Both the position numbers and the translations under genes were made by a program. Below the pieces are notes generated by a model. That model saw nothing but the letters and a program-made list of their open reading frames with translations. It ran no database searches and had not been told where the DNA came from. Shown here one piece after another: positions 18,663 to 28,800 of a DNA stretch of 64,000 nucleotides (positions within the stretch are counted from its first letter, which is position 1; each line of letters opens with the position of its first letter). The DNA is taken from assembly GCA_017536445.1 (NCBI GenBank), contig JAFXHJ010000018.1, positions 30,772 to 94,771 of the forward strand, given 5' to 3'. The stretch comes from Clostridia bacterium (GTDB lineage: Bacteria; Bacillota; Clostridia; TANB77; CAG-465).

Positions 18663-19949
18663 ATGAAGAAAAAAATAATAAAAAGAGCTTATTGGAGAAA
18701 ACTTGATGATCAAGCGAAAGTTTTTACTTTAGCTTCTAATAAAAAGTATAGTTCTATATATAGATTATCTGTGCTTTTAAAAGAAAACATAGATAAGGAA
18801 CTTTTGCAAAAAGCAACAGAACTTGCTATTAGTAAATATAGAGCATATAAAGTAAAACTTAAGAGTGGCCTTTTTTGGTACTATTTTGAAGAAAACGAAT
18901 TACTTCCGGTAGTGTCAGAAGAAGTAGATTATCCATTTAAGAAGATAAACGATAAAGCAAATAATGAATACCTGTTTAAGGTTACATATTTTCATAAAAA
19001 GATTAATTTAGAAGTGTTTCATGCTTTGACCGATGGAAATGGAGCTATATTATTCTTAAATGAAATTGTGTATAGATATCTTGAAATGAAGTATCCAAAT
19101 GAAATTCCGGAACATAAAAAAGAGTTTAGAAGAATGTCTGAGGATACGGAGGATGCATATAAGAAAAGCTATGTTAAGAAAAGAGTTAAAACTAAAAAAA
19201 TAAAAAAGGCGTATATGCTTCAAGGTGAAGAATTAGATAAAGGCGAATATGGAATAACACACAATATAATTAACCTTAAAGAATTAAAAGAGTATGCAAG
19301 AAGCATTGAATGTAGTCTTTCAGAATATCTAGTAGCTTTAATAGCTTATTCAATATATGAAACAAATTACAGAATATATAATGGTAAAAGACCAATAAAT
19401 ATTTCTGTTCCAATTAATCTTAAAAAATATATTAAGACAGAAACTATTTCAAATTTCTTTTCATATATGCAAGTTAGTATTGCGTTAAAAGAGAAGAAAG
19501 TGTATACTTTTGATGATGTGCTAATTTTAGTGAAAAAAGAGTTTGAAAAGAAATTAATACTAGATAAAATTCTTTCTACAATAACAAAAGACGCTGGAAG
19601 TACAAATAACATATTTGTAAGAATAGTGCCTCTAGTATTAAAAAAACTAGCATTTAGAATTGGCTCTATGCAAGTTAAAAGAAAGTTTACAACATCATTT
19701 TCTAACGTAGGAATAGTAAGTGTGGAAGATGAGTATAAGCCACATGTAGATGGATACTTTGTAATACTTTCACCTGACTGGGCGGAAAAGATTAAATGTG
19801 GTATAGTATCTTATGAAAATGATATAGTAGTTACCTTTTCAACTATACTCAAAGATAATCTAGTAGAAAATAAATTTAAGGAATTATTAAAGGAAAGAAA
19901 TATATCTGTAAGGATAGAAGGGAATGATTTAGTAGATGTATCCAACTAA
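18663..19949 (+). CDS. Condensation/acyltransferase-superfamily protein (HxxxDG active-site motif)
   Basis: FHALTDGNG motif about 120 aa from the N-terminus. Length of 428 aa is consistent with the CAT/condensation/PapA5-like fold. Confidence 0.5.
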   Translation: MKKKIIKRAYWRKLDDQAKVFTLASNKKYSSIYRLSVLLKENIDKELLQKATELAISKYRAYKVKLKSGLFWYYFEENELLPVVSEEVDYPFKKINDKANNEYLFKVTYFHKKINLEVFHALTDGNGAILFLNEIVYRYLEMKYPNEIPEHKKEFRRMSEDTEDAYKKSYVKKRVKTKKIKKAYMLQGEELDKGEYGITHNIINLKELKEYARSIECSLSEYLVALIAYSIYETNYRIYNGKRPINISVPINLKKYIKTETISNFFSYMQVSIALKEKKVYTFDDVLILVKKEFEKKLILDKILSTITKDAGSTNNIFVRIVPLVLKKLAFRIGSMQVKRKFTTSFSNVGIVSVEDEYKPHVDGYFVILSPDWAEKIKCGIVSYENDIVVTFSTILKDNLVENKFKELLKERNISVRIEGNDLVDVSN

Positions 19950-20114
19950 TATAAAAATGAAAAAGAAGGATAAAAGAAAGGTAGCTAAAGCGGTAAGAGG
20001 AGCTATTAAAGCTGGCATAAAAGAAAATATAAAATTATTTCTAAATACAAAGAAATTTGGAAGAATAATTTTAGCAAAGTTACATATTTAAAGAATAATA
20101 AAAAGAGATAGAGA

Positions 20115-20145
20115 GAAAAAAATACCCCTATGGGGTATTTTTTAT
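20115..20145. terminator. Bidirectional terminator between convergent genes
   Basis: AATACCCC, TAT loop, GGGGTATT. A-run upstream and T-run downstream. Confidence 0.75.
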
Positions 20146-21113
20146 TGTCCAACAAACATAGCTACGATTATATATCCATATATAGGGCTTTTAGCAACTC
20201 CTATACCTAGATAGTTGTATGAGCTAGAATAAATGTTTTGCTTATGAGTTTCAGATTCTAACCAAGCGTTTACCGCATCTTCTAAGCTAGGATTACCTGC
20301 AATATTTTCTCCGGCTGTTTTGTATTCTACTTTGTTGTTTGTAAGCATCTTAAATGGATCGCCGTAAGTAGGAGAAGAGTGGGAGAAGTATTCTTTAGAA
20401 ACCATATCATCCGCTTTAAGCCCAGCAAGTTTAGTAAGATTTACACCTGCTTCTAGCTTTTTAAGCCCTTTTTTAGTTCTTGCGTTATTAATTAAATTAA
20501 AAACCGTCTGTTCGTTTTCGCTCATAGATACTTTTGTTGTATTTGTTGTATTTGAATTGGTATTAGTGGTGGTATTGGTATTTTTGTTAGAATTAGTAGT
20601 AGATTTTAGTAAATCTTTTCGTATACATCCAACATTACCGTTATCTGTTAATACAACATACCAATTAGATATATATCCAATTACAGTTACCTTTGTATTT
20701 TTATCCAAAGTCATTCTTTTTGTAAAATTTGTTCCGGGGCCACCGCGTAAAATTGTATTTGCACTTGTTGCTTTTTGAACTTTAGTAACCATTGTATATG
20801 TTTTAGCTCCTTTAGGCGCGCTAGAAACGGTTTTAACGTACTTTTTACTAACTATCCCTATCTCATTAGTAGCGGTTTGTACAACGTAAAATTCACCTGT
20901 TGTGGCTAGAATTTTAACAGCGGTATTTTTCTTAAGCGTTCCAAGTTTCCCTTTCTTAGTAGAAGCGATTGCTCTAAAGTTTACACTTGCGCTAGTTTTA
21001 CCGTATTTTGGTTTGTAGTTAGATACAGATATTGCAAATACATTTGTGCTAAATATTGTTAGAATTAATGTAAACAGAAAAAATATACTTAATAATTTAT
21101 TTGTTTTCTTCAT
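20142..21113 (-). CDS. Secreted protein with two SH3b-like domains, Asn/Thr-rich linker and C-terminal CAP/SCP (YkwD-like) domain
   Basis: Signal peptide MKKTNKLLSIFFLFTLILTIFSTNVFA. C-terminal YFSHSSPTYG...GENIA...W..S..H..NI motif set. The ATG at 21113 follows GGAGGT. Confidence 0.8.
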   Translation of the reverse strand: MKKTNKLLSIFFLFTLILTIFSTNVFAISVSNYKPKYGKTSASVNFRAIASTKKGKLGTLKKNTAVKILATTGEFYVVQTATNEIGIVSKKYVKTVSSAPKGAKTYTMVTKVQKATSANTILRGGPGTNFTKRMTLDKNTKVTVIGYISNWYVVLTDNGNVGCIRKDLLKSTTNSNKNTNTTTNTNSNTTNTTKVSMSENEQTVFNLINNARTKKGLKKLEAGVNLTKLAGLKADDMVSKEYFSHSSPTYGDPFKMLTNNKVEYKTAGENIAGNPSLEDAVNAWLESETHKQNIYSSSYNYLGIGVAKSPIYGYIIVAMFVGQ

Positions 21114-21225
21114 ATGTATAACCTCCAATATATATGTATGTACAAGCATATTTTTTTAGAACTAAATTTCTAAAAAATGTATATATTGTGTATCTATGCA
21201 AAATAATATATGCGAGGTGGAACAA

Positions 21226-22461
21226 ATGAATATACATGAAGGAAATTTTCTTTGGAATATGGAAACGGGAATAATTAAAAAATATGAATATCTAGCAAGT
21301 AATAAAAAGTGTGATACACTAGTTATTGGTGGAGGAATAACAGGCGCTTTAACTGCGTATATGCAAGCAAAATCTGGGGCTCATGTTATTATTGTGGATA
21401 AAAACATATTAGGATATGGGGCAACACTAAAAACAGATGGCGTGTTACTAAAAGAAATGGATATAACAAACTTAAAGAAGAAAAGCATAGATAACGGAAA
21501 GTTACTTAAGTATAACAAGCTTTGCAGTGCTGCTATGGAAAATATACTAAATATAATAAGCGAAATATCTGAAGATGAAGATTGCAAAAAATATATTAAT
21601 TTACTAGGACTAAAAGAAATGGATGTAATGTACTATTCTAATAAATTGACCAACAAGTATTATATATATAAACTTTTTGAAAGACTAGGCGAAACTAACA
21701 ACAAAATAGAATATTTAGAACAAGATCCGCTTCTTAATTTAAGGAGTGCAATTTTAATTCCTAAGAATGGATATACAATAAATCCATATGTTTTAACGGC
21801 TCTAATATATATGTATCTATCAAAGAAAAACAATGTAGAAATATATGAAAATACGTATGTAGAGAAAATAAATGCAAAAGAAGAAGGAGTGGAATGTACA
21901 ACTAGTAATAGATTTAAGATAGACTCTAAGTGTGTTATTTTAGCTTGCGGGATTAACACGTTAAAATATATGGAAAATAATAATATAGATGTATATAAAC
22001 AATTTACAATAGTAACAGAAAGAATAGACCAAAAAGAAGCTAAAAATATGGATGTAATTGCCAAAAATATATCTACAAAAAATACAATTGTTACTTTTAC
22101 AAAAGATAATAGAATTATATTAAGTGGCGAGGATATTAAAGAAACAGAAAGACTGCAAGATAAAAAATATTTTAATTATGTTGAAAAGGGAAGATATAAG
22201 AAACTGTATCAAACATTAAATAAGATAGTGCCACTAATTAATCCGCCTAAAGTATATAAATGTTTTTATTCTATGTATTTGGAAACAAAAGATATGTTAC
22301 CTGTAATAGATGAATTGGAAAATATGCCTAATGTATATGTTAATTTGAGTGTTGGTAAAAATGGAATAGTAGAATCTATGATAGGGGCGAATATGTTAAA
22401 AGATGTATATAAAAAGTATCATATAAAAGATATGTATTTGTTTAGAGAAAATAGATGGTGA
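21226..22461 (+). CDS. FAD-dependent oxidoreductase
   Basis: Dinucleotide-binding motif DTLVIGGGITGALTAY...VIIVDKN. The ATG at 21226 follows GAGGTGG. Confidence 0.7.
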   Translation: MNIHEGNFLWNMETGIIKKYEYLASNKKCDTLVIGGGITGALTAYMQAKSGAHVIIVDKNILGYGATLKTDGVLLKEMDITNLKKKSIDNGKLLKYNKLCSAAMENILNIISEISEDEDCKKYINLLGLKEMDVMYYSNKLTNKYYIYKLFERLGETNNKIEYLEQDPLLNLRSAILIPKNGYTINPYVLTALIYMYLSKKNNVEIYENTYVEKINAKEEGVECTTSNRFKIDSKCVILACGINTLKYMENNNIDVYKQFTIVTERIDQKEAKNMDVIAKNISTKNTIVTFTKDNRIILSGEDIKETERLQDKKYFNYVEKGRYKKLYQTLNKIVPLINPPKVYKCFYSMYLETKDMLPVIDELENMPNVYVNLSVGKNGIVESMIGANMLKDVYKKYHIKDMYLFRENRW

Positions 22462-22509
22462 AAAGTAATTTGAAAAACAGATAAGTTAGAAATATATAAA
22501 TTATTTAAA

Positions 22510-22546
22510 AGGAACAAGCCCCGAAATATCGGGGCTTGAAACTTTT
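22510..22546. terminator. Bidirectional terminator between convergent genes
   Basis: GC-rich 9-bp stem CAAGCCCCG/CGGGGCTTG with an AAATAT loop. Confidence 0.8.
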
Positions 22547-22548
22547 CC

Positions 22549-23373
22549 TTATCGAGCTTGCTTTGAAATAACTTTTGAAAGTTTCAAATGCAAGCCTTTT
22601 TTGGATGCGCTAGAAATAACGCATTCAACGGTGTCGCCGTAATTGAGAATGGGATGCCAGGGCTGGTAATCCAGAATGCCAGCAACTTGAGGTGATACGT
22701 TCACAAAAAAACCAGAGAATTTTGAATCTACAGGTTCATTAATGACACCGGTTATCATTTCACCGGGAATATAATTCTCGGGATTGTACTCCGGAAACGT
22801 ATCTTTGAAGGAAACGTTGAAACGTCCAAGCTCGTCCAAGTTCAGGACCTTTACAAAGAAAGAGTCGCCTTTCTTACATATTTCAGCAGTTGAACGAATT
22901 CGTGCTTTACAAAGATCAGGAACGCTGATTCGTGCTTGAACCCCTTGGCCTACATCTCCAAATACGATTTTGGTTCTGGTGGCTGTGACGTTAAAGGGCA
23001 ATGCGGTTGCGTTTTTAATGAGTTCGAGTGCTTCAAGCATATTATCCTTTCTGGACAATGTGATTTTGTGACCTTTGATGCTCTTAACTTTTGCGCAGAT
23101 GTTTTTTTCTTTAAGACATCCAACCTGCAAAGGAAAGGGAAATTCCGGATTGTTTTGGGAATAAGTCAAAGGATACATCGTTGCCTCATCAAAAGGAAGA
23201 TAAGCTACGACTTCATTACCTAACCGGATGGTAAGGTTTTCGTTAGCTTGACTTATTGCTTCCACATATCCTATTACGGTCATGTTTTCTTTGAATGCTT
23301 TTTCGACGTCTTTGAAGGTCATATTAGCTAGTGGATAACATGCCTCCGGTAAGATTTTTTCAAAATTACTCAT
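22549..23373 (-). CDS. Multi-S1-domain (OB-fold) RNA-binding-like protein, 274 aa
   Basis: Three to four S1-like segments, for example GEMITGVINEPVDSKFSGFFVNVSPQVAGIL and GDSFFVKVLNLDELGRFNVSFKD. Visibly higher G+C, with a CGG Arg codon. Has its own promoter and terminator. Confidence 0.7.
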   Translation of the reverse strand: MSNFEKILPEACYPLANMTFKDVEKAFKENMTVIGYVEAISQANENLTIRLGNEVVAYLPFDEATMYPLTYSQNNPEFPFPLQVGCLKEKNICAKVKSIKGHKITLSRKDNMLEALELIKNATALPFNVTATRTKIVFGDVGQGVQARISVPDLCKARIRSTAEICKKGDSFFVKVLNLDELGRFNVSFKDTFPEYNPENYIPGEMITGVINEPVDSKFSGFFVNVSPQVAGILDYQPWHPILNYGDTVECVISSASKKGLHLKLSKVISKQAR

Positions 23374-23423
23374 TTTATTTCTACCTCCAAATTATTTAGT
23401 GGATAAAAAATTAACCTGCGTAT

Positions 23424-23452
23424 ATTATACCACACTTGTTTACATAAATCAA
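23424..23452 (-). promoter_or_regulatory. Strong sigma-A type promoter of 22549-23373
   Basis: The minus strand reads TTGATT, a 17-nt spacer, then TGGTATAAT. The leader contains TCCACTAAATAATTTGGAGGT. Confidence 0.65.
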
Positions 23453-23552
23453 GTATGAAACTCAAATTAAAAATATACAAAATACTTATGAAATAATGTT
23501 GAAAAAAAATATAATATAGTATAGAATAAAATTGTCTATAAGGAGCGGAAAT

Positions 23553-25067
23553 ATGAAAACAAAAGATTTTAAGGAACTATGTGCTGCATATACAGCAAAT
23601 CCAAATTTGGATAATGAAAATGTGCTACTAAGAACAATGGTATTTGATACTAAATTCTATGTTGCAACAAAGAAATATGATAAAGGAAACGCGTTGAGAT
23701 TGTTACAATCAGAAACGGGGACTACAGTATTATGCGTCTATACACATAATATTGATGTTGATTCGGAAGTTAAAGAAAAATATGATGTTACAGAGATGTC
23801 TTTTGATGACATCTATGAAAATGTTAATGTAAATAATGTTGGATATATTTTAATTAATCCAAGTTCAGAAGCATTAACGTTGACAGCGGCACAAATAGCT
23901 AAATTGTATAGAGAAAAATATTACTCGGATTTTAGTTATCCGTTACATTTAGATGTAGAAACGGATTTTAAAGCTAGGGCTATGAATTTAACAGAGGTAA
24001 ATACAAAAACAACTAGTAAAAAATTAATAGATGTATATATAGATTCGCAAAAAGAAGAATCTGAAGAAAAGAGATTAGAATTATTAAATAAATTTTTAGA
24101 TGAATTTATCAATCATGCTAAATTTTATACACCAGTATTTCCAACTGGAGAAACAGATAGTATCGGAAATTATGTAGTAAATAAAGAAAGAGTTGTATTT
24201 ATAACAGAGGATGGAATTAAAGGAAAGTATTATTTATTTGTGGACGCAGAAAGAATAGCAGAATATTTAGGTGCTGAAAAAGAAAAAACTTATGTATCTG
24301 TTTTTGATTTTGATGATTATGTAACGATGATGGATGCTGCTCATGGCGCTATAACAGGCCTTAAAATAATTGGAGATTTAGATTTAGAAATACCATCAAA
24401 TGACATATACCATTATAATGCTATTAAAGTACACAATGAATTGTTAAAAGATGTAACTGTGTTACAAGGTTCATATGCACCGTCAGAAGAAACGACAGAA
24501 ATAGAAAATGATATAAACGAATATTTTGAGACTATTCCTTCTGTCGAGAAAGTATGGTTGGGCAGAGAAATAGAAATGTACAAAAACAAAAAGAATGCAT
24601 TTGTATATAATGTAGTTCTTAAACTAAAAAATGATGAGTTTAACAAGGAAGAAGTAAAAGATACTATAAGAAGAATTTTAGGCAATAATTTATTTAGAAT
24701 GTACATATCTCAAGAGAATGTAACAGACACTCAATTAAAGCAAGTATATGCTGCATCAAATAAGCCTGCTAAAAAGGTCGTAAAGGTTGAAGAAAAAGAA
24801 GAAACTGTAGAAAAAGCAAAGACTGTGGCTAAAAAGGTACCAACTAAGAAAAAGGAAACTGCTGTTAAAAAGACTACTACTAAAAAAGTAGAAACTGAGG
24901 CTAAAAAAACCGCAGCTAAAAAGACTTCTGTTAAAAAAGCAGAAATTAAAGCTAAACCAGAGATTAAAAAAGAGGTAAAAAAAACAGCTGCTAAAAAACC
25001 AGCAACGGCTAAGAAAACAGAAGATGCGTCTAAAAAGGCTACTACTAAAAAAGTAGAAAAGAAATAA
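23553..25067 (+). CDS. Hypothetical protein (two SseB-like segments by eye) with about 100-aa Lys/Ala/Thr-rich histone-H1-like tail
   Basis: The ATG at 23553 follows AAGGAG. The C-terminus is KKTTTKKVETEAKKTAAKKTSVKK... The SseB similarity is only a recollection of FYV.....LP.FT-type patterns. Confidence 0.45.
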   Translation: MKTKDFKELCAAYTANPNLDNENVLLRTMVFDTKFYVATKKYDKGNALRLLQSETGTTVLCVYTHNIDVDSEVKEKYDVTEMSFDDIYENVNVNNVGYILINPSSEALTLTAAQIAKLYREKYYSDFSYPLHLDVETDFKARAMNLTEVNTKTTSKKLIDVYIDSQKEESEEKRLELLNKFLDEFINHAKFYTPVFPTGETDSIGNYVVNKERVVFITEDGIKGKYYLFVDAERIAEYLGAEKEKTYVSVFDFDDYVTMMDAAHGAITGLKIIGDLDLEIPSNDIYHYNAIKVHNELLKDVTVLQGSYAPSEETTEIENDINEYFETIPSVEKVWLGREIEMYKNKKNAFVYNVVLKLKNDEFNKEEVKDTIRRILGNNLFRMYISQENVTDTQLKQVYAASNKPAKKVVKVEEKEETVEKAKTVAKKVPTKKKETAVKKTTTKKVETEAKKTAAKKTSVKKAEIKAKPEIKKEVKKTAAKKPATAKKTEDASKKATTKKVEKK

Positions 25068-25078
25068 TATAGTTAAAC

Positions 25079-25113
25079 GAAAGATATACGTGAAATGTAT
25101 ATCTTTTTCTTTT
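25079..25113 (+). terminator. Rho-independent terminator
   Basis: AAGATATAC, GTGAAAT loop, GTATATCTT, followed by TTTCTTTT. Confidence 0.8.
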
Positions 25114-25183
25114 GCTAAATATGTTTTAAATGTTGAGATTTAGCATACTTTGTGATATAATTTCAAGATGTAAGGAGAAAATT

Positions 25184-25849
25184 ATGTATATCGTAAGAGT
25201 TACTTATACAAAATCTAAAGAAGCAATATATATACCATCGAATGAATTAAGAAGAATACTTGAATCAGCTATGATAAGAGCCGGTGTTTATGTCGCATAC
25301 ACAAAAGATAATATTCCAGATATTACATTTGCAGATAATATTGCGCTAGGTATAGAAAGTACAGCGGAAATTTGTGATGTGGCGCTTCAAGAACCGATAG
25401 ATGCTACATATATTGTAAAAAGCTTAAATAGAGAACTGCCGTCAGGAATAGTTGTACTTACTGTTGAACAAATAGGAGATTTCGAGCCGCAAATAGACAA
25501 AAGTGCATACGCGGTAACATATGAAATAACTCCAAAACTTGGTGACGTTTCTAAAATGACAAATCGTGAGTATGACGATTTAAGAGCTTGGTACAGATAC
25601 CAAATGAAAAAATACTTATCTGAACCGAACATTCTTGTTTTAGTTAAGTCACTAGACAGAAGTGAAAGAATAGATATCAAACCAGCCATTATGAATTGGG
25701 ATATACAAATAAATGATGCAACAAGAGTAACTGTTTCTAAAGATACAGAATATATGTTTAATCCACATTACATTATGGATGGCTTTATGGAATTTGTGGA
25801 TAGAAAAATAGACTACACAGTTAAAAGAATAAAAATATTATATAACTAA
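25184..25849 (+). CDS. DUF2344 / radical-SAM-linked protein family (TIGR03936-like)
   Basis: The N-terminus VRVTYTKSKEAIYIPSNELRRILESAMIRAGV matches the family pattern. The ATG at 25184 follows AAGGAG. Confidence 0.5.
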   Translation: MYIVRVTYTKSKEAIYIPSNELRRILESAMIRAGVYVAYTKDNIPDITFADNIALGIESTAEICDVALQEPIDATYIVKSLNRELPSGIVVLTVEQIGDFEPQIDKSAYAVTYEITPKLGDVSKMTNREYDDLRAWYRYQMKKYLSEPNILVLVKSLDRSERIDIKPAIMNWDIQINDATRVTVSKDTEYMFNPHYIMDGFMEFVDRKIDYTVKRIKILYN

Positions 25850-25886
25850 TAAGCATATATAATATTAAACATATAAAGGAGAGACG

Positions 25887-28800
25887 ATGAATCCGCTAGT
25901 TAAAGAATTGCCAAAGCACAGCAAGTTTAAAGAACTTCTAAAGTGTATTAAAGATGGCGAAACAAATTTAAGTATAACAGGGTTAACAGATGCGACTAAG
26001 GCACACGTCATATATAGTTTATACAACTATAGTGGCGTGCGCCCAGTTGTTGTATGCCCAAATGTAAGTTCTGCAAAAAGATTTATGCAAGATATTAAAT
26101 TCTATGCAGAAAAAGACATTGTATTTATGCCAGCGCGTGAAATAATATATTATGATGTAGACGCGCAAAGTAGAGAAACAAACAATGCAAGAGTAGGAGC
26201 AATATCTAAACTTGTAGATAACAAAGATATGATACTTGTTACTACAATAGATGCTCTTCTTCAACCAATGTTACCTAAAAAAGAATATGAGAATCTAAAT
26301 ATGACTATCTCTTTAGGAGAGGAATTAGATTTAGATGAGACAATATTAAAATTAGACAGACTAGGTTACACTCGTGAAGATGTTGTTCTTGCTAAAGGAC
26401 AATTCTCTGTAAGAGGTGGAATAATTGACATATTCCCAACTGATGCAAAAATGCCGTATAGAGTTGAGTTGTTTGGTACTGAAGTGGATAACATCAGAAC
26501 TTTTGATACTGAAACTCAAAGAAGTATGGATACAGTCCATGATTTCTATATAACATTCTCAACAGAACATGTTATATCGCTTAATACTAAAGAGGAAGCA
26601 ATAAATAAACTAAAGAGTGTTCTTGATGAAGACATATCTTTGGATGTTAAAAAAAGTGTTAAAGCAGACATAGAGAGAATGGAAGAGGGTAATATTTCTG
26701 GATTAATAGATAGATATTATGAGCTATTTGTGCCAGAAAGGGTTACGTTATTAGATTATTTGGGAGAAAACTTCTGTATATTTATGGATGAAACTGCAAG
26801 AGAAATAAGTAGAGCTGAGGCCATTAAATACGAAAATAACGAAGCAATAAAAGTAATAACAATGAGTGGTAATGTATATTCTAAATATGCATTCAAGTAC
26901 GTTAGTTTTGAGGAAATAGAACTTAAACTAAAAAGCCTATCTACAGTATATATGAGTAAACTAGGACAAGATAGAGTTATGCATGCGAAAAGAAAAGAGT
27001 ACAGCTTTAGCTGTAGGGAGGTCAACTTTTTTCGTAGCACAATGGATCTACTTATTAAGGACATCAAGAGATATAAAGAAGAAAGAAAAATAATATTAAT
27101 GGTATTTTCTACACTTCAAAAAGTTGAAACTGTAAAAAATGCTATGGAAGATAATGGTGTAAAAACTAAATTTGTACAAGATATATCTATGGTAGACGAC
27201 CTAGATAATAACACTATATATATTACACAAGGATTAATATCTGCTGGATTTAGTTATGATGAATTTGATCTTGTAGTTGTATCTGAAAGTTTATCTGGTA
27301 CTTCTAAAAAGGAAATAAAATCTTCTAAAGCTTTTATGGGAGATATGTTAAATTCATATGAAGACTTAAAGATAGGAGATTATGTAGTACATGTTAATCA
27401 CGGCATTGGTAAGTATTTAGGTATAGAAACAATAGATACAGCTGGGGTTGTAAAAGACTATATTAAACTAGAATATAAAGATGGTGGAACACTATACATT
27501 CCAATAACAAGTCTAGATAGCATTAAGAAGTATGTCTGCGAAGATGGATTTGCTCCTAAAATGAACAAACTTGGAACTAAGGAATGGGAAAACACTAAAG
27601 CTAAAGTTACTAAACATGTTAGTGATGTTGCAAAAGAATTAACGCTACTTTATGCTAAAAGAAGCCAAGCAAAAGGATTTGCATTTTCTAAAGATACACC
27701 TTGGCAAAGAGAGTTTGAAGCAGACTTTGAGTATGAATTAACTAATGATCAAAAAAGAGCCATAATGGAAATGAAAAAAGATATGGAACAACAGAAACCA
27801 ATGGATAGGCTTTTATGTGGTGATGTTGGTTATGGTAAAACTGAAGTAGCAATCCGTGGCGCTTTTAAAGCAGTTATGGATTCTAAACAAGTTGCATATC
27901 TAGTTCCAACAACAGTACTATCTTTGCAACAATTTAATACATTTAAAAACCGTATGGAAAAGTTTGGTGTTAAGGTAGAAATGCTTAGCCGTTTTAGAAC
28001 AGCTAAACAACAACAAGAAATAATAGCTAAACTTGCTAGTGGAGAAATAGACGTAGTAGTAGGGACGCATAGAATTCTTTCTAAAGATGTTAAGTTTAAG
28101 GATTTAGGGCTATTAATAATAGACGAAGAACATCGTTTTGGCGTTGAAGATAAAGAAAAAATTAAGAAATATAAGAATAATATAGATGTACTTTCTATGA
28201 CAGCAACACCAATTCCAAGAACATTACATATGTCTATGATAGGAATACGTGATGTTTCTGTAATAACGGAACCACCACAAGAAAGATTACCGGTACATAC
28301 ATATGTATCAGAATATAATGCGGCAATGGTTGCTGAAGGTATAGAAAAAGAACTTGCTCGTGATGGCCAAGTATTTTACTTGAGTAATAGAGTAGAAAAT
28401 ATTGAAAGCATAGTAGCTAAAGTAAGAAGTTTAGCACCGACAGCAAGAGTTGCTTATGCGCATGGTAAGATGACACCAAATCAAATAGAAGATACAATGG
28501 TTGAGTATATGAACCACGAATCAGACATTCTTGTTTGTACAACAATTCTAGAGTCTGGAATAGACATTCCAAATGCAAACACAATAATAATTGAAAATGC
28601 AGATAAGTTAGGACTCGCACAACTTTACCAAATACGTGGAAGAGTTGGTCGTTCAAATAGACTTGCTTATGCCTATGTTACATATAACAAAGGTAGTATT
28701 TTAACAGAAGAAGCTTCTAAGCGTTTAGGTGCAATTAAAGATTATAGTGAATTTGGAAGTGGATTTAAGATAGCGCTTCGTGACCTTGAAATAAGAGGAG

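Noticed and set aside
19936-20091. Small basic ORF (51 aa, MYPTNIKMKKKDKRKVAKAV...) overlapping the end of 18663-19949.
   Set aside because: - No convincing Shine-Dalgarno sequence precedes either ATG.
- Its composition is what AAA/AAG-rich spacer DNA gives by chance.
- It ends just before the terminator.
24759-25067. Repetitive AAAAAGAC/AAAAAAGC-type periodic sequence, considered as a CRISPR-like or satellite repeat.
   Set aside because: It is in frame within a long ORF and encodes a KKT/KKA low-complexity tail. There is no repeat-spacer organisation.
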